This document shows, piece after piece, positions 19,328-29,035 of a stretch of DNA of 64,000 nucleotides. Position numbers and translations under genes: made by a program. The notes beneath the pieces were generated by a model. The model saw nothing but the letters and a program-made list of their open reading frames with translations. It ran no database searches and had not been told where the DNA came from. The number at the start of each line of letters is the position of its first letter. The first letter of the stretch is position 1. This DNA comes from a virus: positions 33,941 through 97,940 of the IMG/VR virus record IMGVR_UViG_3300032286_001304, one strand, 5' to 3'.

Positions 19328-20485
19328 TTAAGAATTCTCTGAAATCATATTTCTTAGTTTGATAAAAAGAAAATCAGTTACATTAGGATTTTCTTCAAGA
19401 AATAATCTTATACTTTCCATTCCTTGGAATTTTTCTGGAATCTCTATCTTAATTTTTTCTTTAACTTCATCTATAATATCTTTATCTACATAAAACCAAG
19501 CTCCAGCTTTTCTAATTTTCTCAAATTGAATAAGAACATCAACAATTTCATATTCTCGCCAGATACTTGTTCCATTTTTTCTACCATATCTAATTGGATA
19601 TGAGACTGGAATATTTGATTTTTCATTACTAGATTTTTTAATAATAATCTTACACCAGTGACCAAGTATTTTATTTTTGATAGGGTCTGGTTTTAATTTT
19701 GGATCTTGCAAAATCAAATCACTCATATATCTCGCTTCAAACTGTAATATCCAGTTAGAAAAGTGAAGTGCGGCATTTCCACCAGTTGCGGAAATTTGTC
19801 TTTGATCTTTTGGTGCATAAGGGTCAATTTCAACCTTTGCTGAAACTTGACCAATCATAAAGCATCTATGACCAAATTTATTCATAGCAGTTGATAAACG
19901 CTGCATGAATTTTTTTGTTAACATTGGAGCACCAGCAACGCGACCAGCAGATTCAATTGGTTTATCCATATCCTGTTCTAGAATAAGGCCATCCATTGAA
20001 TCTAGTAAGAAAAAATATTTATTCTTATGTTCTGGATTTTCTATCACAAGAGATCTCATTAGATTTACGACTGCATCATAAACATTTGTTTCTAGAACAA
20101 AGCAAGTTCCAGATTCCCATTCCTCAAATTTAGAAACGAATTTTAATCCTGATCGTTCTTGCATCTCTTTGCTTAATCTTCCTTCTGCTTTTACTAATAA
20201 TCCATAACCATTTGGAGTAACTTTAAGAAAATTTTTCATTACCTCCAGCCCCGCTGATGTTTTTCCTCCTTCAGTAAAACCAACGAAACGATGTAATCCA
20301 GCCCCAAATCCGCCACCAAGTTGACTATCTAAAATTAAACTTCCACTAGAAACTAGCGGAACATCAATTTCCTCTTGATCGTTATAATGCTTTCCTTCAT
20401 TTTCTTTTAAAATTCTAGATAAAATGTCTTTTGGAGAAGACTGTATTTGCTGATCTTGATCTTCTGTTTTTTTTGCTTTAGCCAT
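19328..20485 (-). CDS. recA: RecA/UvsX-like recombinase
   Basis: SSGSLILDSQLGGG, GFTEGGKTS Walker A, LLDSM Walker B, GGNAALHF, AGAWF. Confidence 0.9.
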   Translation of the reverse strand: MAKAKKTEDQDQQIQSSPKDILSRILKENEGKHYNDQEEIDVPLVSSGSLILDSQLGGGFGAGLHRFVGFTEGGKTSAGLEVMKNFLKVTPNGYGLLVKAEGRLSKEMQERSGLKFVSKFEEWESGTCFVLETNVYDAVVNLMRSLVIENPEHKNKYFFLLDSMDGLILEQDMDKPIESAGRVAGAPMLTKKFMQRLSTAMNKFGHRCFMIGQVSAKVEIDPYAPKDQRQISATGGNAALHFSNWILQFEARYMSDLILQDPKLKPDPIKNKILGHWCKIIIKKSSNEKSNIPVSYPIRYGRKNGTSIWREYEIVDVLIQFEKIRKAGAWFYVDKDIIDEVKEKIKIEIPEKFQGMESIRLFLEENPNVTDFLFIKLRNMISENS

Positions 20486-20523
20486 AAAATTAATGTAATG
20501 TGTTAAATATAGGTTTGAATAAA

Positions 20524-20778
20524 TTATTTATTACGTAGTGATCGCCATTGTTTTTGGCGAATAAACTCTTTTTCAATTACCTTTGCCTCATTTTCACTTA
20601 TCCCATACGAATGCCAATATTCTTTAGCCCAAGTTAATTCTGAATCATGCATAGCTTCTAAAACTTGCATGAATTTTTGCTTCCAAAAATTATCTGATTT
20701 AGCTTTATTTTGAGTGTATTTTAATTTTGGCATTTTTTTATAATTTGTATTTTTAGAATTTTCTTGAGTTGATTTCAT
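20524..20778 (-). CDS. Hypothetical protein
   Basis: 84 aa ORF. Confidence 0.5.
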   Translation of the reverse strand: MKSTQENSKNTNYKKMPKLKYTQNKAKSDNFWKQKFMQVLEAMHDSELTWAKEYWHSYGISENEAKVIEKEFIRQKQWRSLRNK

Positions 20779-20796
20779 ATTTTTAAAATTTAAATA

Positions 20797-21309
20797 TTAC
20801 GATAATAAATCTAATAAATTTTTAGGACGTTTTTTTTCTAAAATAATATCTTCAATTACTTTATTATTTTCTAATAAAACTAATTCTGTTTTAGTTGTCA
20901 AGTCTAAAGCCCATTTTTTATATAGATTTTCTACTTCAGGTCTATTTTCCCAGTAAAGTAAAGATTTTACTTTTATTGCTGGTTTAAAGCCATCTAGCCA
21001 AAAATCCTTATGTGGAAATTTTCTAATAAGTCTTGCTAGAATAATAATTTCTCTCTTAAAATTAACTTTAAGAGATTCGGATTCTATCAAACTTTTTAGA
21101 ATTAATCCTCTTTCTTCTCTTGTTATTTTTATTGGAGGTGGAGTTTTCTCTTTCTTGCTAGATTTCAACAAAGTTATTTTGTCTAATGGAAGTTCGCTAT
21201 CTTCGCGTGCATATTTTTTTCTTCCCCAATAAATTCCCATTAATTTTTGAGTTATTTTATACTGTTCTTCGTTAAATAACACCAAATCGCCTATATTATA
21301 AGATTTCAT
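20797..21309 (-). CDS. Hypothetical protein
   Basis: 170 aa ORF. Confidence 0.55.
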   Translation of the reverse strand: MKSYNIGDLVLFNEEQYKITQKLMGIYWGRKKYAREDSELPLDKITLLKSSKKEKTPPPIKITREERGLILKSLIESESLKVNFKREIIILARLIRKFPHKDFWLDGFKPAIKVKSLLYWENRPEVENLYKKWALDLTTKTELVLLENNKVIEDIILEKKRPKNLLDLLS

Positions 21310-22126
21310 TTCTTTTTATTGAGCAAGTTCCCTTTTTTGTAACAGAAATAGAAGCTGCTTTATTTGCAAATTTAATTGATTCTTCAATATTATTTTCACT
21401 TTCTATCATTTTTATAACAAAAGCTGCTAATGCAACATCACCAGCACCAACAACATCTCTTACTTCGACTCTTTCTCCAATGAAAGTTAGTCCCTTATTT
21501 ATCCAATGTATTCCCTTATCTCCATCTGTAACTAATAAATTTTTGCAAAATGATTCTGGAAATTTATTTGATAAAAGATTATTTTCATATTCTTTTTTAT
21601 TTATTTTTACAAAATCTATTTCCTTACTCCAGTCAGAAAGAATTTTTTTTGAGTCTAATGCAGTTAATATTCCATATTTTTTTGCTAAAATAGATATTTG
21701 TTCAATCCAATATTCATCAATAAATTGTTTATTATAGTCTGATATTACTATAAATTTGATTGTTTTATGATTAATTAGTATTTCTTCTAATTTTTTAAAT
21801 GTATCTCCACAAAAATATTCATGCTGTTTTGATATAATATCATCATTTTGATCTATTCTAAAAACAACATAATTTGATTTTTTATCAATAAATCTTTTTT
21901 TGATTATAGCAGTTAAATTACTTATAAAGCAAACATTATTTTGTTTTAAACCTAATGAAATTAAATTATTATATACATTTTCCGCCATTCCGCCTTTTAC
22001 ATCCATTCCAACAGGAACTCCAATTAAAGATGGAGCCTCTGGATTTACTCGATTAATATCAACATATTCAAAGATATCTATAGCTTTTTCTCCAATGATA
22101 ATAACTTTTGGCTCAAAATTTTCCAT
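21296..22126 (-). CDS. Heptose 7-phosphate kinase (stand-alone HldE/RfaE domain I, PfkB family)
   Basis: IIGE..ID, RVNPEAP, GMAENV..NL.SLG, ISDYNK, DVVGAGD. Confidence 0.8.
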   Translation of the reverse strand: MENFEPKVIIIGEKAIDIFEYVDINRVNPEAPSLIGVPVGMDVKGGMAENVYNNLISLGLKQNNVCFISNLTAIIKKRFIDKKSNYVVFRIDQNDDIISKQHEYFCGDTFKKLEEILINHKTIKFIVISDYNKQFIDEYWIEQISILAKKYGILTALDSKKILSDWSKEIDFVKINKKEYENNLLSNKFPESFCKNLLVTDGDKGIHWINKGLTFIGERVEVRDVVGAGDVALAAFVIKMIESENNIEESIKFANKAASISVTKKGTCSIKRNEIL

Positions 22127-22170
22127 ATAAAATTATACTAATATTAAATTAAATTATCAATTTTAATAAA

Positions 22171-23142
22171 CTAATAGTTTTCTGGATAAAAATGCTTACA
22201 ACCTTTATAAGATTTTTTTTCAACTAATTCTCCAATTTTTATACTAAAATCATTTTCAAAAGAAGTCTTTATAATATCGTTATTTTTATCTAAAAGAACA
22301 TAATAATCTAATGGCTTTTGATGTGGACAAATCCAACCAGATTTAGATGGGCCACAGAGAAATTTAGTTTTTTCATTTAATTTTCCATAATTTGAATCAA
22401 CATCTTTTTCCGAAAAACTATTTATTAATTGTTGAATATGACTTAGATAATATAAATAACCATTCAGAGCTGATTCATCAACTGGCGTATATACTTGGTA
22501 TGGATTCTCAGGAAACTTTAGAAAAATAAACTTAAAGTCCTTCATTTTTACATTTGGATATAAAAGACTAAGAGCAAGTTGATACATTAATGCTTGACCT
22601 GTTTCTAAATCGCTTTTATCTAATTTTTTAGAAGACGATTTGTAATCAGCAGCATAAATCACTAATGAGTTACTTTCTTTGACTAAATGGAATCTATCTA
22701 TAAATCCACGAATACGACAATCTATTCCATCATCTTCTATTTCTAAATCAAATTCTTTTTCTATAAAAGTATGAATAGTATTTTCTGGCCCCCAAAAATC
22801 ACATTTTAGTGCCGTAACTAAGAAACTATCTATCAGTTCTAAATTATCAGGATCGTCTACTTTGTATTTTTTTGCAACTAAGCATACGAATTTCCATAAT
22901 CCAGTTTCATTTCTAACTGTTTTGCTAATTAGGATTCTATCAACTTGTTTCTTTCTTCTTGGTTTATTTAGTAGTTCTAATACATCATGACATGTAGAAC
23001 CGCGAAGACTTCCTGAGTTTCCTTTGTCTGGAATCTTTAATATATAATTACAATAATAACTTTGGCTACAATGTTGGAATTTTTTTATTCTACTTGTAGA
23101 AAGAGCTATTTTATTTTTAAAGTCTTTTGTTCTTACGATCAT
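22171..23142 (-). CDS. PD-(D/E)xK RecB/Cas4-like exonuclease
   Basis: LSTSRI...C, G...H, E..F, GFIDR, DYKS, Q..MY; one N-terminal and three C-terminal Cys. Confidence 0.8.
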   Translation of the reverse strand: MIVRTKDFKNKIALSTSRIKKFQHCSQSYYCNYILKIPDKGNSGSLRGSTCHDVLELLNKPRRKKQVDRILISKTVRNETGLWKFVCLVAKKYKVDDPDNLELIDSFLVTALKCDFWGPENTIHTFIEKEFDLEIEDDGIDCRIRGFIDRFHLVKESNSLVIYAADYKSSSKKLDKSDLETGQALMYQLALSLLYPNVKMKDFKFIFLKFPENPYQVYTPVDESALNGYLYYLSHIQQLINSFSEKDVDSNYGKLNEKTKFLCGPSKSGWICPHQKPLDYYVLLDKNNDIIKTSFENDFSIKIGELVEKKSYKGCKHFYPENY

Positions 23143-23498
23143 TCTTTATTTATTAATTTTTTATCAGAAAGTTCTTTTTCATGCTCAATACACCATTTAA
23201 GTTTTTGTTCTGCACGTTCTAATGTTGGAAAAGACCAACCAAAATAACCAAAATCTTCATTACTAGGACCGTATTCAGCAGCTTCAAACTTAATAACTTG
23301 TCCTGTCTTTTTGATCACCATTTCTCCTGCCTCTCTTTCACGTATCTTTATTACTTCGTAAGCTAGGCAACCCTTTCCTTTATCAAGTCGTTGCTTATAG
23401 ATAGCCCAAAATCCTAGTCGTTTTAATTGTTCATAGTAAAATCCATTTTTTTGGAAGTCTTCTAATTTTTTCATAATTATTTTATTTGACTCATGCAT
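23139..23498 (-). CDS. Hypothetical protein
   Basis: 119 aa ORF with EYGPSNEDFG..GW motif. Confidence 0.6.
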   Translation of the reverse strand: MHESNKIIMKKLEDFQKNGFYYEQLKRLGFWAIYKQRLDKGKGCLAYEVIKIREREAGEMVIKKTGQVIKFEAAEYGPSNEDFGYFGWSFPTLERAEQKLKWCIEHEKELSDKKLINKE

Positions 23499-23525
23499 TC
23501 TTCTTACACCAATTCCTAAGTTTAG

Positions 23526-24398
23526 TCAAGGTTTGTTTTCAGGAAAATTTCTGGCCGATAAATTATTTAATCGTAAAAAATTATCTACCGCTTTAGCAGC
23601 CTCGATTTCCGTATCAAATGATCCCAAAAATTTTCGACGCTTTTCAAACCATATCATTGCATCATATTTTTTTCGATGTTCTCGAACACCATAATATGGA
23701 GACTTTCTGATTTTTTTTGATCGAAATGATTTTAATTTATCTTCGTCCCAGATATCGCTAGGAAAATTTATTGGCTCTAATTTGTTTCTAATTAAATAAA
23801 AGTCATAAGCGCGGGCGGCAGCCTCTTCTGTTAAATATGTTTCGGTAAGTCTTTTTCCTAAATTGTATATTTCGCATCTCCATTTCGATCCATCTTTAAC
23901 TACGCCCATAAATTTTGATGTTTTTTCTCTATTTCTAGACAGCCCTTTTCTTGTTTTGGAATTAAATTGGCCGCGTTTTGGTCTTTTTAATATTTCTGGA
24001 TTTATTTTTGCCGCTCTTTTATACCCATTCGCAGCATTGATTATATGATCCAAACTTTTGGGAACACCTTTTAATCTTTTACTAATTTTGTCTTTTGTTT
24101 CCTTCAGTAATGACCCACCATTACCACCCTCTAAAATATTATATCCATTTGGCAATCTAGAATTAAAAAACGAAATATAATATTTTTCGCTATTATCTAA
24201 TTGATTTTGATCTGAACAATCGCAAATTTTTTGAATAGAAAAATTTTCTTTTCCATATTTTTTAATAGCCCTAGTTATAGCCATTGTATTTTTATTACTA
24301 TCGGAGCAATGGCGATTCCATCTTTTATACAATGTTTCTATAGTTTGGCCTATGTAAATCTTTCCGTTTATATTATTAGTTATTTTATAAATAATCAT
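23526..24398 (-). CDS. GIY-YIG homing endonuclease with AP2-like C-terminal repeats
   Basis: IIYKITN.INGKIYIGQT, R, E, GYN; two S.(F/Y).GV...W/Y....TE.EAA AP2-like units. Confidence 0.85.
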   Translation of the reverse strand: MIIYKITNNINGKIYIGQTIETLYKRWNRHCSDSNKNTMAITRAIKKYGKENFSIQKICDCSDQNQLDNSEKYYISFFNSRLPNGYNILEGGNGGSLLKETKDKISKRLKGVPKSLDHIINAANGYKRAAKINPEILKRPKRGQFNSKTRKGLSRNREKTSKFMGVVKDGSKWRCEIYNLGKRLTETYLTEEAAARAYDFYLIRNKLEPINFPSDIWDEDKLKSFRSKKIRKSPYYGVREHRKKYDAMIWFEKRRKFLGSFDTEIEAAKAVDNFLRLNNLSARNFPENKP

Positions 24399-24916
24399 TT
24401 AATATTGACTTTGCAAAATTTTCTGAGTTTATTTATTTCGTTGTTTTTACCAAGATTAAAAATTTTTATATTATACTTTTTTGCGGTTTTAATTCCCATA
24501 GCGGTTCCTCCAGTTTCTTCGCCATTTGGTGTCCAACAAACAACCAAATCAGCTGGCGTTTTATTTTCTCTACCAAGAATAATCCCAACATTGCGAGCAT
24601 GAAAAATCTTAGAGTTTAAGTTGAGCTTATCCCATGTGGGATGATATTGCGCGGCTAAATCCCAGTTGAGTTGGCCCCATTCCACATGATATTCATATAA
24701 ATCATTATAGCCCGCCCACGGCAAATATAACTCTATTTTTGCGTTTTTAACTTTATTCGCCCCTGAAAATGCGGCCTCATCCGCGCCTTTTGCCCCGCCC
24801 GTTCTGATTATCCAACCTTTACGTGCGAAAAATTCAGAGATTGCGGAAATGGTTTCAAGCACATCTTTAGGTGTTTCGTGTGAACCGATAATCGAAACTA
24901 TTTTAGTCATTATCAA
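24395..24916 (-). CDS. DprA/SLOG-family Rossmann protein
   Basis: IIGS.ETP, RTGGAKGAD.A, ARN..I.LG, WT.....GGTA. Confidence 0.7.
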   Translation of the reverse strand: MIMTKIVSIIGSHETPKDVLETISAISEFFARKGWIIRTGGAKGADEAAFSGANKVKNAKIELYLPWAGYNDLYEYHVEWGQLNWDLAAQYHPTWDKLNLNSKIFHARNVGIILGRENKTPADLVVCWTPNGEETGGTAMGIKTAKKYNIKIFNLGKNNEINKLRKFCKVNIK

Positions 24917-25406
24917 AATATTCGTAAATAATTTCTTTAACTAGATAATCTGTATCCTCATGTAGTCTTGGCTTAATATTTTTATCATAATTTTCGTTAA
25001 ACCAAACCCACTCTTTTTTTGATTTTGGGTATTTTCCGCTATATGCTTTAGATGCACCAAGCCAATCTGCGACCATTTCTCTTACATACTTTTCTGTCAT
25101 TGGTAGCGGTTCTAAATCCTTATATCCACCGCGATTATGACCTGTAATTGGAATCCATGCTTCCCAATGATGTTTTTGTCTTTGATGATGTAGCCATGCG
25201 TATGTAAAACCTAATGGGTCGGATTTATCACCGAAAAACTGGCGACCATAATAGGGTGCTTCACATGGCAGAAACTTAACCCAATCGTGTATGATTAGTT
25301 GCCAGATTGGAACTTTTAATCTTAATCCAGCATTAAAAACGTAATATTTATGTTTAAGTGTTAAATTTAAGTATTTTATAGTTGGTATTATATTTTTAAG
25401 GTCCAT
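24903..25406 (-). CDS. HD-like protein (DUF5662 family)
   Basis: HKYYV, HDW.KF, AWLHH...HHWE.W, PM...Y..EMVADW.GA. Confidence 0.7.
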   Translation of the reverse strand: MDLKNIIPTIKYLNLTLKHKYYVFNAGLRLKVPIWQLIIHDWVKFLPCEAPYYGRQFFGDKSDPLGFTYAWLHHQRQKHHWEAWIPITGHNRGGYKDLEPLPMTEKYVREMVADWLGASKAYSGKYPKSKKEWVWFNENYDKNIKPRLHEDTDYLVKEIIYEYFDND

Positions 25407-25632
25407 AATTCAAATAATTTTCTTTATCAACTATAATAAGTTTCATTCCAGCAACTTCTTTTTTGCGCATAATATTATCATGTGCCGCTTGGGTTAAATT
25501 TGAAAGTTCTGTGTAAAATAAACTTTTTAATTTCCACCATTCATTTTCGCCAAGGTAAACAATTTTAGGTGAAATTCTATATTTCACAACAAATTTATGA
25601 GAACCTTGAATAATTTCATCAAGGATATCCAT
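25396..25632 (-). CDS. Hypothetical protein
   Basis: 78 aa ORF. Confidence 0.5.
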   Translation of the reverse strand: MDILDEIIQGSHKFVVKYRISPKIVYLGENEWWKLKSLFYTELSNLTQAAHDNIMRKKEVAGMKLIIVDKENYLNYGP

Positions 25633-25897
25633 TTACTTTAAAAGATGTTTTTTTGAAATTTGCGGTATCCTTTGAATCAGATATTTTATTTAATTTATAA
25701 TCTCTAAATGCGCGACTTTTAGGACTCCAAAATGCATATTCAGAATTAAAGAATAAAGAGTCATCATCTTGAATGCATTTAGAAGCTGCGGTTAATTCAA
25801 GATAAATACTATGTTTTTCTTTGTATTGATCAGTGATTATATCTATACGCATTCTATCAGATAGCTCTTCAGTATTGATTACGGTTCCGCCGATCAT
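25619..25897 (-). CDS. Hypothetical protein
   Basis: ORF; ATG at 25897 just after thyX stop chosen as start. Confidence 0.5.
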   Translation of the reverse strand: MIGGTVINTEELSDRMRIDIITDQYKEKHSIYLELTAASKCIQDDDSLFFNSEYAFWSPKSRAFRDYKLNKISDSKDTANFKKTSFKVNGYP

Positions 25898-25898
25898 A

Positions 25899-26543
25899 TT
25901 AAAACCCAAATGCCTCCATAGTAAATTTAAATGGCTCGCCGGGAATTTCTTTAACTAATCGAAGCATTTCCGTAACAACATCTCTAGTTTCTTTTTGGGT
26001 ATCAGATTTTAATCGCAAATTACAAAGATGGATAAAAGCCTGAAAGCTACCTGTCCAAATAAAAGTTGTTTCTAAACATAATGGTAAAATCGCTCGGGCC
26101 TGCTCTTTTGCTACGCCATTTTCGCATAATTTAGCATAAGTTTTTTGTGCTAAATCTACTACCTTTTGCATTTCTGCTACAAGCTCCTTATTTAGTTCTT
26201 CTGGTAAATCGCCTCCGCTTCCCTGTTTACTATCTTTGGACTGATAACGAAGCTGAGTAGGAATGTCGTAACTATCAGAGAAATCTACATATCTTCCAGA
26301 GATAGAATTTTTTGCAACACCGACCTCATGCTTGAATATTTGACGTTCGCAAAAAATTGAGCATTTAATGCGAAATTGTAAGTGAGCATGGCGAAAGGGG
26401 GAGGTATGTCCATGATTAACGAGATATTTAAGAAGTTTTTCATCTTTTTTATCAAAAACCTCCTTATTTTTTCCGTAGCTGACACGGGCTACATTCGCAG
26501 CCATTAAATCGTCACCAAAATATCCTAATAATTCAATTTTCAT
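25899..26543 (-). CDS. thyX: Flavin-dependent thymidylate synthase
   Basis: ARVSY, H.SPF.H, RQ..KH......SISGRY, KEQARAILP, LR....TQ.E. Confidence 0.92.
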   Translation of the reverse strand: MKIELLGYFGDDLMAANVARVSYGKNKEVFDKKDEKLLKYLVNHGHTSPFRHAHLQFRIKCSIFCERQIFKHEVGVAKNSISGRYVDFSDSYDIPTQLRYQSKDSKQGSGGDLPEELNKELVAEMQKVVDLAQKTYAKLCENGVAKEQARAILPLCLETTFIWTGSFQAFIHLCNLRLKSDTQKETRDVVTEMLRLVKEIPGEPFKFTMEAFGF

Positions 26544-26631
26544 TAATTTTAAATTTATTTTTTAATATATTTAAAATCAGATATGACAACTACTTTCATA
26601 TACAGTTATGTACCTGATTAATCAGGTAAAA

Positions 26632-27693
26632 TCAAGGATAAAGTTCAAAAACATTGGGTCGAACTGGAGTTTGACCCGATTCAAGCTCGTAGTCATATTG
26701 TGCCATAATTTCCATGTGTTTTTTGAAAGGCATCCGCTGTGGATTCCATCCAATCAGATTTTGTGCCTTTTTGCTACTACCAACCAGTTTCAAAACTTCA
26801 TTTGGGCGCTTGAGAGAATTGTCAATTTGAATATATTTTTTCCAGTCCAAATTAAAATACCCAAATGAATAATCAAGAAATTGCTCCCCATGATAACAAA
26901 CATCTGAACTTAAAACAACATCCTCTGGTTTGTCTAGTTGCAGTAGATTAAACATGCCTTCCACGCAAAAATCCGCATAAGTTTCATCTCGCCAATGGTC
27001 TATGTTACCGCAAATAATTTTATCCGTTTTGCCTAATGCAATTTTAGCCGCATAACTAGAGCACTTCCGGGCGAAAAACGATGGATGTCTATATATATTA
27101 CTATGATTGAAAGTGAATGCTGTTACGCAAAACATACCATAAGTTTGCCGGAAATACTTAACCCAATTATAGGCAAGATTTTTTGCAATCGAGTATGGGG
27201 AGCGAAATTCTAGGGGGGAATCCTCATTGAAGGGGCAGTTTCGGGGATCGCCGCCAAACATTTCACTAGTAGACGCTTGAAAAAATTTAACCTTTGGACA
27301 AAATTCGTAGCAAGAATCTAAGAGATAAAACACCGATACACCCGTGGCGAAAAGAGTGTAAGTTTCGTTTTTGAAGGAATCTCCTACATGACTTTGGGCC
27401 GCAAGGGAATATAGTTCGTCAGGTTCGCCGTAATTTTTGACAATTTCCCTAATCCCATTACGAACAGAAGAAGCGTCCGTAATATCCATGAATTGGAAGG
27501 ATAGTTTTGATTGGGGGTATTTTGATAAATCTACAGAAAATAGGGAGGAAATTTCCTCTATAATTTGCTTAGTGTTCCTGCGATATGTAAGAATCACATG
27601 ATAATTTTTTGATAGCAGTAGGTGGGTGATGGTTTTTGAATCCATTCCGGTCCCCGTTACCACTGCTAACTTAGATTTATTTTGAATATTCAT
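26632..27693 (-). CDS. gmd: GDP-mannose 4,6-dehydratase
   Basis: PDELY.LAAQSHV..SF, QASTSEMFG, RSPYSIAK, FNH, GN.D..RD, RP.EV..L.G. Confidence 0.9.
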   Translation of the reverse strand: MNIQNKSKLAVVTGTGMDSKTITHLLLSKNYHVILTYRRNTKQIIEEISSLFSVDLSKYPQSKLSFQFMDITDASSVRNGIREIVKNYGEPDELYSLAAQSHVGDSFKNETYTLFATGVSVFYLLDSCYEFCPKVKFFQASTSEMFGGDPRNCPFNEDSPLEFRSPYSIAKNLAYNWVKYFRQTYGMFCVTAFTFNHSNIYRHPSFFARKCSSYAAKIALGKTDKIICGNIDHWRDETYADFCVEGMFNLLQLDKPEDVVLSSDVCYHGEQFLDYSFGYFNLDWKKYIQIDNSLKRPNEVLKLVGSSKKAQNLIGWNPQRMPFKKHMEIMAQYDYELESGQTPVRPNVFELYP

Positions 27694-27695
27694 GA

Positions 27696-28961
27696 TTAAT
27701 TTTTAAATTCTTTCTTTTTTAATGTCCACCCATTATACTCTTTTATCTGGTCCCTTATCAAGAGAAAAAGTTTTTTCTTCGGAATTAGCCCAATCATAAA
27801 TTTCCATAGCTCGCTGGGGCTTTCGGCAGAAATCTCTTCGTTAGTATTTATATTTAAAAGAGATATATAACTATATTGTTTTCTTGGATGACTTTTTAAA
27901 ACGCTTATTAAATCAAATCTTTTATGATTTTTTAGTCGCCCATTAACGATTCTTCTAATTGATGGATCGCCCATCTCAAGTATAAATTGAGATAAATTTG
28001 TTATAGTTATTTCTATTTTATTTTTCTTGTCATATAAAACATATACTCCACATGGTTTTGTTTTATTCTTTAAACAAACAATATCCTCGTCCGTGATACT
28101 CGCGAGTCTCCACCCTTTTCGCTCTACAGCCTTACCCCGTATCAAAAAAGTTACATCTTCGCGCAATAATGGAGGATGAAGGCGAGCAAACTCCGTTGAA
28201 CTTCCTCCATATTTGTAAATTTTGCCATCTGGTCCCTTTAGCTCCATATCTTTTAGCTCTTGGCGCTTAAACCATTTTGAAATATCCATACCTTCTTTGA
28301 TATAATCACCACATGGAGTATTTGTCTTAAATCCATTAATCATTGCAGATAAATAATCTGGATTTAATTTTTTTTCTAAGGCGAATTCAGATATGTTTTT
28401 AAAATAAATAACTTCTTTTGTTTTATAATTAATTAATTTATATTCTTTGTTTGGATTTTTAATTAATTCTAACGGAGTTCCCTTTAGCGCGAAACCCTGA
28501 GATGAAATATTTTGTTTAGAAATAACAACTTTTAGACTTGGGTAAGACAACCCTCTTTCTTTGCAAAAATCTTTTAGATGGAAAATAATATATTCTTTTC
28601 CTTTGTAATCAACAAGATGATGCTCTTGGGATACTGACTCGGATAATTTTCTTTTTGAAATCTCCGAAAACTCAGGAGAATCTCCACCAGTTGTAAAATT
28701 ATAGCCATTGGGAACAAAAGTGTTATGTTTTGCTATATGAAATTTTTCTAATCTTTTCAGTTCTTCTTTTGATTGTACATTTGACTCAAGCAGTTCAACT
28801 TTAAAGTTTTTAGGACCGTATAAATTAACGGCATTTGACAGATATTGATTATGATGCTTTCTATACCAATTTCCATGATACCTTTCTCTTATATTTTTCT
28901 TTATACTCAAACCGATATAAGAATGTCCATTTATTTTGTTGGTAATTTTATAGATAATCAT
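27696..28961 (-). CDS. GIY-YIG homing endonuclease with repeated NUMOD-like C-terminal units
   Basis: MIIYKITNKINGHSYIG, PNGYN.T.GG; repeated F.....L.......GW units; start placed at ATG 28961. Confidence 0.8.
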   Translation of the reverse strand: MIIYKITNKINGHSYIGLSIKKNIRERYHGNWYRKHHNQYLSNAVNLYGPKNFKVELLESNVQSKEELKRLEKFHIAKHNTFVPNGYNFTTGGDSPEFSEISKRKLSESVSQEHHLVDYKGKEYIIFHLKDFCKERGLSYPSLKVVISKQNISSQGFALKGTPLELIKNPNKEYKLINYKTKEVIYFKNISEFALEKKLNPDYLSAMINGFKTNTPCGDYIKEGMDISKWFKRQELKDMELKGPDGKIYKYGGSSTEFARLHPPLLREDVTFLIRGKAVERKGWRLASITDEDIVCLKNKTKPCGVYVLYDKKNKIEITITNLSQFILEMGDPSIRRIVNGRLKNHKRFDLISVLKSHPRKQYSYISLLNINTNEEISAESPSELWKFMIGLIPKKKLFLLIRDQIKEYNGWTLKKKEFKN

Positions 28962-29035
28962 TGTTCGCCCTTTATCAAAATTACACCTGAGACGAACACT
29001 TTTATACACAAAAAGAATCCATATATACACTTAAA

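Noticed and set aside
23526-28961. Group I introns around the GIY-YIG genes
   Set aside because: Flanking genes are complete and abut the endonuclease ORFs, leaving no room for intron cores
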